Translations under genes and position numbers: made by a program
Notes under the pieces: generated by a model
Told to the model about the DNA's origin: nothing
What the model saw: only the letters and a program-made list of their open reading frames with translations
The model's database searches: none
NCBI GenBank assembly: GCA_964429135.1
Contig: CAYSAU010000004.1
Location: 31,499 to 95,498 of the forward strand
DNA length: 64,000 bases
From: an uncultured Prolixibacteraceae bacterium
GTDB taxonomy: Bacteria; Bacteroidota; Bacteroidia; Bacteroidales; FEN-979
Direction of reading: 5' to 3'
Part shown: positions 9,364 through 16,727 of the stretch, one piece after another
How positions within the stretch are numbered: the first letter of the stretch is position 1
Layout: each line of letters starts with the position of its first letter

Positions 9364-10467
9364 ATGAAAACAACGAAAAATTTCAGGATTATGAAAAATA
9401 TCTATAGCTGCTTATTGGCAATATTCTTGATGGGATTGGTCATTATTCCCCTGGGCAATGCGACAGCAGGAAATAAAGATCGATCGGGGCAGGCTGGAGC
9501 CTCTGAATTGCTCATCAACCCGTGGGCGAGAAGTTCAGGCTGGGGTTCCGTGGGTACTTCATGCACACAAGGACTGGAGGCAATCTTTACCAATGTGGCA
9601 GGAACGGGTTTTACCAAGGGAACAGAAATAATATTTTCCTATACCAACTGGTTACAGGGTTCAGGTGTTAATATCATGTCCTTTGGTCTGAGCCAGAAAC
9701 TTGGTTCCAGCGGTGGAGTATTGACTGCAGCCGTTATGTCTATGTCATTTGGTGAAATTGATATTACGACCACCAACTCCCCGGAAGGAGGCATTGGAAC
9801 GTTTAAACCCAGTTACCTAAATATCAATCTGGCTTATGCCAAAGCATTCTCAAACAGCATTTATGGAGGCTTAGCCATCAAGATCATTTCGGAATCCATC
9901 TCGGATGCCAGTGCTATCGGCATTGCCCTTGATGCAGGGATACAATATGTGACGGGTGAAAAAGACCAAATCAAGTTTGGAATTGCTTTGAAAAACGTTG
10001 GGGCCCCGATGAAGTTCAACGGAGATGGACTGTCTTTTCGTGGGATTATTCCCGGACACGGAAATGATAATGACTTATTTACTGTTGAACAACGCTCTGC
10101 CCGTTATGAATTACCGGCAACTTTACGCATTGGCGCTTCCTATGATTTCCTGATCGGAGAAATGAACCGCATCACTCTGGCTGGTAACTTTACTTCCAAC
10201 TCTTTTACAAAAGATCAATTTAGCCTGGGCTTGGAATATGCTCTCAAATATTATCTCCAGATACGTGCTGGTTATACTTACCAGGGAGGAATGTTCAACA
10301 GCAGTGTTGCAGAAAGAGGCACGGTTTTTACAGGTCCAAGTGCTGGTTTTACCGTGTCTGTTCCGTTTAATAAGGAAAAAGAAACAGGAATCGCTATCGA
10401 TTATTCTTACAGGGCAACCAATCCTTTCTCAGGAACACATAGTATTGGTTTAAAACTTAACTTTTAA
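9364..10467 (+). CDS. PorV/PorQ-family-like outer membrane beta-barrel
   Basis: 367 aa (alternative ATG at 9391) with a signal peptide. The N-terminal motif GQAGASELLINPWARSSGWGSVG resembles the conserved start of PorV/PorQ/FadL-like barrels. The sequence has alternating beta-strand character and ends in an aromatic residue (GLKLNF). Confidence 0.6.
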   Translation: MKTTKNFRIMKNIYSCLLAIFLMGLVIIPLGNATAGNKDRSGQAGASELLINPWARSSGWGSVGTSCTQGLEAIFTNVAGTGFTKGTEIIFSYTNWLQGSGVNIMSFGLSQKLGSSGGVLTAAVMSMSFGEIDITTTNSPEGGIGTFKPSYLNINLAYAKAFSNSIYGGLAIKIISESISDASAIGIALDAGIQYVTGEKDQIKFGIALKNVGAPMKFNGDGLSFRGIIPGHGNDNDLFTVEQRSARYELPATLRIGASYDFLIGEMNRITLAGNFTSNSFTKDQFSLGLEYALKYYLQIRAGYTYQGGMFNSSVAERGTVFTGPSAGFTVSVPFNKEKETGIAIDYSYRATNPFSGTHSIGLKLNF

Positions 10468-10511
10468 TCCTTCGGGTAGAAGATTTCATAACCTAGTTAT
10501 TTTATTGGTAT

Positions 10512-10537
10512 AAGGACCCTTTCAAAAAGGGTCTTTT
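10512..10537 (+). terminator. Rho-independent terminator after the three-gene OM operon
   Basis: Stem GACCCTTT (10515-10522) pairs with AAAGGGTC (10526-10533) around a 3-nt loop and is followed by TTTT (10534-10537). It sits about 45 nt after the stop at 10467. Confidence 0.7.
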
Positions 10538-10572
10538 GCCTTATTATAAAAATCATTTTTAACTTTTTTGTA

Positions 10573-11046
10573 ATGTCGGAGCTTAAGTATTATACCCAAG
10601 AAGGCTTAAATAAGCTTAAAGACGAATTGAACCAGTTGATCACCGAGGAACGTCCGAATATAAGCAAACAGATCGCGGAAGCAAGAGATAAAGGTGATTT
10701 GTCGGAAAATGCTGAATATCATGCAGCCAAAGAAGCCCAGGGCTTGCTTGAAATAAAAATTTCAAAACTACAGACCATGGTCAGCAATGCCCGACTAATC
10801 GATGAATCAAAACTTGATTTTACTAAGGTGTTGATTTTTTCAACGATCAAATTGAAAAATACGCAAAATGGAAGCATGGTGACTTATACCCTCGTGCCTG
10901 AAAATGAAGCCAATGTGAAAACAGGCAAAATTTCGGTGAATTCACCTATTGCAAAAGGGATACTTGGGAAAACAATCGGCGATAAAGTGGAAATTGTCGT
11001 ACCTGCAGGAAAAGTATTTTTAGAAATTATTGAAATATCACGATAG
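10573..11046 (+). CDS. greA: Transcription elongation factor GreA
   Basis: 157 aa with an N-terminal coiled-coil carrying GDLSENAEYHAAKE and a typical C-terminal globular domain. Confidence 0.95.
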   Translation: MSELKYYTQEGLNKLKDELNQLITEERPNISKQIAEARDKGDLSENAEYHAAKEAQGLLEIKISKLQTMVSNARLIDESKLDFTKVLIFSTIKLKNTQNGSMVTYTLVPENEANVKTGKISVNSPIAKGILGKTIGDKVEIVVPAGKVFLEIIEISR

Positions 11047-11445
11047 ATGTCAAGTATTTTTACAAAAATCGTAAAGGGAGAAATTCCGTGTTATAAAATC
11101 GCTGAGGATGAGAACTATCTCGCGTTTCTGGATATTAATCCGTTGCAGGAAGGTCACACTTTAGTCATACCCAAAAAGGAAATTGATTATATCTTCGACA
11201 TAGATGACGAACTTTTTGCCGGATTGTGGAATTTCGCCAAAAAGGTTGGAAAAGCAATTGAAACCGTTGTTCCTTGTCAACGGATGGGAATTACCGTCAT
11301 CGGGCTTGAAGTTCCTCATGCCCATATCCATTTGATCCCCCTGAAAAGTATGTATGACATGGATTTTAAAAGACCAAAATTGTCCTTTTCACCTGAAGAA
11401 TTTAAAATCATTGCTGAAAAAATATCCGCTGAAATAAAAGGGTGA
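11047..11445 (+). CDS. HIT (histidine triad) family protein
   Basis: 132 aa with the HxHxHxx motif (HAHIHLIP). It starts immediately after the greA stop. Confidence 0.9.
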   Translation: MSSIFTKIVKGEIPCYKIAEDENYLAFLDINPLQEGHTLVIPKKEIDYIFDIDDELFAGLWNFAKKVGKAIETVVPCQRMGITVIGLEVPHAHIHLIPLKSMYDMDFKRPKLSFSPEEFKIIAEKISAEIKG

Positions 11446-11482
11446 TTTTTTCGGGAAAATGATAAAACAGTAAGAGCTACTG

Positions 11483-13384
11483 TTAATAGGCTCGGATGTT
11501 CTGTCCCTCAATATAATTAAGAAAAGCTCTGTTGACTACTTTATTCCCCCCGGGAGTTGGATAATCTCCTGTAAAATACCAATCTCCTTTATGATCTGGA
11601 CAGGCTGCATGAAGATCCTCAATCGTTTGGAAAATAATCTGAACCTTGGCGCGACAACCGTCTGGCGTTAGTAATTCTGTTATTTTTTCCGAAATTCTTT
11701 GCGGAGAGAAGGGGGCATAAATTTCTCTGACAAAGTTGACAATTTTTTCTTTGTCATATTTTTCCTGCAGCTTGGATTTCTTATAAACATCATTGATGAT
11801 GTGTTCCTGATGCGTTTCTTTCAATAATGCAATGGCTGCTTTAAAAGCAATAAAATCAGTTAGTTTTGACATGTCTATTCCGTAACAATCGGGATAACGG
11901 ATTTGAGGAGCGGAAGAAACGATAATAATTTTCTTGGGACCGAGACGGTCCAGGATGCGTAAAATGCTTTGTTTTAATGTCGTTCCCCTGACAATAGAAT
12001 CATCCAGGACCACGAGGGTATCTATTCCCTGTCGGATACTTCCATAAGTGATGTCATAAACATGGGTAGCGAGATCATCCCTTTGGGAGTCCTGGGTGAT
12101 AAAAGTCCTTAATTTTAAATCTTTAACAGCAACCTTCTCAACCCTTGGCTTAAATTGAAAGATGACATTTAACTTTTCCGCTGTAAGTTCATTCCTCGCA
12201 TGGAATATTTTTTCAATCTTAATCCGGTCGCAGAAATTGGCAACTTCTTCGATCAGGCCATAATAAGCATCAATAGCAGTGTTGGGAATGTAAGAAAATA
12301 CGGTGTTTTCAAGGTCATAATCAATTGACTGAAGGATGGGTTGGGCTAATAATTTTCCCAGTTGTTTTCTCTCCTGATAGATTTCAATATCACTTCCTCT
12401 AGAAAAATAAATACGTTCAAAAGAACAGGATCTTTTTTCTCTGGGCTTACAAAAAGGCAGTTCACTGATTTTTCCGTTCTTTTTGATAATGAGGGCATGT
12501 CCTGGTTTGATTTCATGAATGAGTTCATGCCCTACCCTGAAAGCAGTTTGAATGACGGGTCGCTCTGATGCTACGACTACAACCTCGTCATTACGGTAAA
12601 AGTAAGCAGGCCTAATCCCTGAAGGATCGCGCATGGTAAAAGCATCCCCATGTCCAAAAAGGCCTGTAATCACATAACCCCCATCCCATGTTTTGGCTGA
12701 GCGTTTTAAAATCTTCTGAATATTCAGATGGCTGGCAATCTGGAAAGTAATTTCTCTTTTCTGATAACCTTGTAATTTGAATTTTCGATATAATTCTTCA
12801 TTTTCTTCATCCAGAAAATGTCCGATTTTTTCAAGAATGGTGATGGTGTCGGATGTCTCCACCGGATATTGACCCAGATCGATCAATTTTTCAAACAGTT
12901 CATCCACATTGGTCAGGTTGAAATTCCCGGCTAGAACTAAGTTCTTCGTCATCCAGTTATTCTCTCTTACGAAAGGATGAAGACTCAGGAGGGTATTTTT
13001 TCCATAAGTGCCATATCTCAAATGCCCAAGGTAAATCTCTCCCAAAAGATCTACATGGTATTTCAACCAGTCGACATCTTTTAACCGCTGTGGGTAACGG
13101 TCTTCAATATCTTTAAGCTTCAGGGCTATGTTCGAAAAAATATCCCGGATTGGGGCATCCGCATTGGAACGTATCCTATTAATAAAACGATTCCCTGGTT
13201 CTAGATCAAATTTGATGACAGCAACTCCCGCCCCATCCTGTCCCCGGTTATGCTGTTTTTGCATGAGGAGGTGAAGTTTGTTCAGACCGTAAAAAGCAGT
13301 TCCGTATTTGGCAAGATAGAACTCAAGCGGTTTAAGGAGACGTATTAAAGCAATGCCACATTCATGATGGATAAAATCGCTCAT
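11483..13384 (-). CDS. purF: Amidophosphoribosyltransferase (long Bacteroidota-type)
   Basis: 633 aa with an N-terminal class-II amidotransferase Cys (HHECGIALI) and the PRPP-binding motif VVLDDSIVRGTT. Confidence 0.9.
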   Translation of the reverse strand: MSDFIHHECGIALIRLLKPLEFYLAKYGTAFYGLNKLHLLMQKQHNRGQDGAGVAVIKFDLEPGNRFINRIRSNADAPIRDIFSNIALKLKDIEDRYPQRLKDVDWLKYHVDLLGEIYLGHLRYGTYGKNTLLSLHPFVRENNWMTKNLVLAGNFNLTNVDELFEKLIDLGQYPVETSDTITILEKIGHFLDEENEELYRKFKLQGYQKREITFQIASHLNIQKILKRSAKTWDGGYVITGLFGHGDAFTMRDPSGIRPAYFYRNDEVVVVASERPVIQTAFRVGHELIHEIKPGHALIIKKNGKISELPFCKPREKRSCSFERIYFSRGSDIEIYQERKQLGKLLAQPILQSIDYDLENTVFSYIPNTAIDAYYGLIEEVANFCDRIKIEKIFHARNELTAEKLNVIFQFKPRVEKVAVKDLKLRTFITQDSQRDDLATHVYDITYGSIRQGIDTLVVLDDSIVRGTTLKQSILRILDRLGPKKIIIVSSAPQIRYPDCYGIDMSKLTDFIAFKAAIALLKETHQEHIINDVYKKSKLQEKYDKEKIVNFVREIYAPFSPQRISEKITELLTPDGCRAKVQIIFQTIEDLHAACPDHKGDWYFTGDYPTPGGNKVVNRAFLNYIEGQNIRAY

Positions 13385-13407
13385 GGAGTAAGCTCTATGA
13401 TGAAATG

Positions 13408-13415
13408 CAAAGATA
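13408..13415 (-). promoter_or_regulatory. Candidate -7 box TATCTTTG for purF
   Basis: The reverse complement of caaagata matches TAnnTTTG. It lies 24 nt upstream of the purF ATG (13384). Confidence 0.45.
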
Positions 13416-13444
13416 GGGAATATTTAATGTGAAATTCCTTTTGT

Positions 13445-15625
13445 CTATCTACCTGAACAATGCTTTTCAATAAGTTTTAGTGCCTTTGTGCTTCCCATGT
13501 CAGCACCTCTCCGCCAATCACGACATGCACCATCCAGGTCCTTCAATTGAAATTTCACAGATCCTCTTCCCATATATGCATCTCCATAACTCGGATTAAG
13601 CCTTATTGCGCTGTCAAAATCACTTAGGGATGCTGAAAATTGTTTTAAGGAAAATGCGCGGATGATAGCTCTATTATTGTAAGCTTTATAATATCCCGGA
13701 TTTAATTTTATGGCCATAGTGAATTCAGCGATCTCAGCAGAAAACTTTCCTTCAATGTAGTTTTGGTTTCCGTTATTAAAATGGATAATTGCCTTTTCTG
13801 AATTTTCCCTTGTAATTCCCGGAGGGTAAATTAAAGCCGGATTTATTGCATTCTCATCGGTAATCCTAGATATTTCTGACAAAGCAGCAAAAAGAGCAGG
13901 GTTTTTCCCAGCGGATTTCTGCAGAGCATGCAGAAAAAAAATTTTTGCTGTTGCGTAATCTCTGGTTTGGAAATAAAAAGAACCGATATTTTGTAGGGCA
14001 TTGATTGAGTAATCATATTTTTTATAAAATCCCTCCAGCCATGTAATGGGGGAAGAATTCTCCCCTCGATTTAAAATATGCATGATTTCTGTCGAGTCAA
14101 GCCAGGTGGAAAGGTTAAACTTGGATAAGATCCCGAATGTCGCGGGAGCTCCCATGGTGGGTTTATATCCCTGACGGGCATAAACGACTGCAATCCCATC
14201 AATATATATCAGTCTCCATTCAGGATGCTGTAAAAGCTGTTCTGTCCATGGATAATAAACTTGATAATTATATATTATAAGATCGGGTCTGTATTTCTCT
14301 ATTAATTTTTGTAATTCCCCATTCCAGCTGTTATAAACCTCCTGATAAAGATCTTCCCTGATCACTTCCAACCTGGCATCAATAAAAACAGGTTGGGGGA
14401 TGCTCCAGGATAACCATCCACCAATACAAAGACTATTGATGATTTTGCCAGAAAGATGATTTTGCTTCAGGAATGCGGAGACCAAAACAGGTTGTTGATA
14501 AGTATCAATGCCCATCCCTGTTTTATTGTAAGATTTATTGGAAACATAGTAAGCATTGGTATAAATCCTGGCTGAAATACCCAGGGTCACGATTGTTAAT
14601 AATATAATTAGCAAGGATTCTATGATATGAAAGCTTTTTCTAAAAGTATTCCGAAAACGATACCGGATTTTTTCATTGACTTCTTTCAAAGCAGTACTGA
14701 GGATTGGAAAAACGATGATAATGAATAAAGGTATATTGCGAATTGCAATTAGCGAAAGGTATAAAAACAATAGAATGAGTATGAACTCATGTGGTTTTCT
14801 TTTCTTCCAGGTCAAAACACTTAGGAAGAGAGTGAAAAAGCTAAAAATGAGGAAAAGATATTCTTTAACGGTAAACGTTTTCATATGGAATATTGAGATG
14901 AACTCCCTGATGTGTTGATTGAAGATGTTATCATGTTCAAACCGGGTGAACAATTCAAGAGGGAAAGTTAACCCTTTGAAAAAATATGGATTGCATAAAC
15001 AAATAAACATCGATATCACCATCCACAACAAGAAGGCTCGATCTAATGTTCTTTTTTTAATGGAAACAGAGATGAAATAAGCAAATAATAAGATCAAACC
15101 TAAAATAAACAAAGCCTGTGTGTTACACCAAAGTAACATGATTCCGGGAATGAAAAAAAGATAATTTTTACGGGTATAGTAGTATTTATCCAGAATGATT
15201 AAAACCACGGAAATATATATAAAGGTCAGCATTTCCGGTCTAAGCATGATACGAGGCTCAATAATTAAATACGCCGATAATAATAGAACAGAAGTTATTG
15301 GAGCGGGAATACCGTACATACGGTTTCTCAGTAAAAGCAAACACAGAAGAGAAAGGCTTAAAAATGTAACCAATAAATTTAATGCCGTATATCCGCCTGA
15401 CCGATAGAAAGAAAATACGAAAACCTGGAATAACCAATGAAGATCGATATATTCATGATTACTTACCGTGTATGTGGAAATGTCATGACGAGGAATTTCC
15501 CTGTTTTCCAGTATCCATTTCCCTGCTTTCAGGTGAAAACCCAGATCGGGATCTGACAACATTCTGAAAGAAAGTAAGAAGACAAGAATGATTATGGCTG
15601 TGAAAGGGATGTACCACTTTGACAT
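13445..15625 (-). CDS. Polytopic membrane protein with C-terminal TPR repeats (possible GT-C-type glycosyltransferase)
   Basis: 726 aa. The first ~400 aa contain about 10 or more hydrophobic helices, and the C-terminus has TPR-like repeats (YNNRAIIRAF...AIRLNPSYGDAYMGRG). The function is inferred from architecture only. Confidence 0.7.
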   Translation of the reverse strand: MSKWYIPFTAIIILVFLLSFRMLSDPDLGFHLKAGKWILENREIPRHDISTYTVSNHEYIDLHWLFQVFVFSFYRSGGYTALNLLVTFLSLSLLCLLLLRNRMYGIPAPITSVLLLSAYLIIEPRIMLRPEMLTFIYISVVLIILDKYYYTRKNYLFFIPGIMLLWCNTQALFILGLILLFAYFISVSIKKRTLDRAFLLWMVISMFICLCNPYFFKGLTFPLELFTRFEHDNIFNQHIREFISIFHMKTFTVKEYLFLIFSFFTLFLSVLTWKKRKPHEFILILLFLYLSLIAIRNIPLFIIIVFPILSTALKEVNEKIRYRFRNTFRKSFHIIESLLIILLTIVTLGISARIYTNAYYVSNKSYNKTGMGIDTYQQPVLVSAFLKQNHLSGKIINSLCIGGWLSWSIPQPVFIDARLEVIREDLYQEVYNSWNGELQKLIEKYRPDLIIYNYQVYYPWTEQLLQHPEWRLIYIDGIAVVYARQGYKPTMGAPATFGILSKFNLSTWLDSTEIMHILNRGENSSPITWLEGFYKKYDYSINALQNIGSFYFQTRDYATAKIFFLHALQKSAGKNPALFAALSEISRITDENAINPALIYPPGITRENSEKAIIHFNNGNQNYIEGKFSAEIAEFTMAIKLNPGYYKAYNNRAIIRAFSLKQFSASLSDFDSAIRLNPSYGDAYMGRGSVKFQLKDLDGACRDWRRGADMGSTKALKLIEKHCSGR

Positions 15626-15665
15626 GGTTGTCTTTTAATAAGATAAAATTAGCAACAATTATTAT

Positions 15666-15673
15666 TACTTTTG
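15666..15673 (+). promoter_or_regulatory. Candidate -7 box TACTTTTG for selU operon
   Basis: Matches TAnnTTTG and lies 20 nt upstream of the ATG at 15693. Confidence 0.45.
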
Positions 15674-15692
15674 CGATCACTATGGGAAGAAA

Positions 15693-16727
15693 ATGATTGA
15701 TAGGGTTGAACCTGCTTATTTCCTGAAACAAATTACCAACTTTCTCATTCTCGATGTAAGGTCGCCCATGGAATACCAGCAGGGGCATATTCCCGGATCA
15801 GTGAATATTCCACTTTTTTCCGATTCTGATAGAGCAACAATTGGTACTTTGTACCAAAAACTCGGGAAGGGACCAGCCATCCTCCGGGGTTTGGATATTT
15901 GTCTGCCTAAAATTAAGGATTACCTCAAAACACTATCAAAAATCAGCAATCAGCGAAAAATATTGATTTATTGCTGGCGGGGTGGAATGAGAAGTACCCT
16001 TATAGCTGAGGTGTTCTCTAAAGCCGGTCATCCAATTGTTATTTTAAACGGTGGATATCAGGCATACCGCAAGCAAATCCGCAGCGGTTTTTCAAATAAA
16101 GCGGTTATGTTGGTCTTGGGAGGCTTTACTGGAAGCGGAAAAACTCAACTGTTGCAACACATAGCTGATCAGGGAGAACAGGTCATTGACCTGGAGAAAT
16201 CCGCCCGTCACAAAGGCTCTGTTTTTGGTGCTCTGGGACAAGCTTCACAACCGACCAACCAGCAATTTGAAAACGATCTCTATCAGCAATGGTCGGAATT
16301 TGATTTCTCCCGACCAATCTGGATTGAAGATGAAAGCCGGAGGATGGGGAAACTTGACCTGCCGGATCCCTTAGTCCGACAAATTTCAGAAGCTATCCTG
16401 ATAGATCTGGAAGTTCCGGTATCCGTTAGAGTAAAGCGATTGGTAAGGGAATATGCAGATTTTGACAAGCTGCTTCTCAAAGAAGCCATCGTCAAACTAA
16501 AAGAAAGATTAGGAAACAGGAATACAAAAAAAGCGCTTTTCGAGCTGGAATCGGAACATTTTGAAGCAGTAGCAGAAATTCTTCTGGCTTATTATGATAA
16601 GACTTACAGGTTTACTAGGAAAAAGAGAGTTCAAGATAAAATCATTCAAGTACAATTATCATCGGAAGACATGGAAGAAGAGGCAAAGAAATTGATTCTC
16701 CTGGCAAGAAAAATTTTATTTTTATGA
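15693..16727 (+). CDS. selU: tRNA 2-selenouridine synthase
   Basis: 344 aa with a rhodanese domain whose active-site loop is CWRGGMRS, followed by the P-loop GFTGSGKT. This is the SelU/MnmH architecture. Confidence 0.85.
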   Translation: MIDRVEPAYFLKQITNFLILDVRSPMEYQQGHIPGSVNIPLFSDSDRATIGTLYQKLGKGPAILRGLDICLPKIKDYLKTLSKISNQRKILIYCWRGGMRSTLIAEVFSKAGHPIVILNGGYQAYRKQIRSGFSNKAVMLVLGGFTGSGKTQLLQHIADQGEQVIDLEKSARHKGSVFGALGQASQPTNQQFENDLYQQWSEFDFSRPIWIEDESRRMGKLDLPDPLVRQISEAILIDLEVPVSVRVKRLVREYADFDKLLLKEAIVKLKERLGNRNTKKALFELESEHFEAVAEILLAYYDKTYRFTRKKRVQDKIIQVQLSSEDMEEEAKKLILLARKILFL

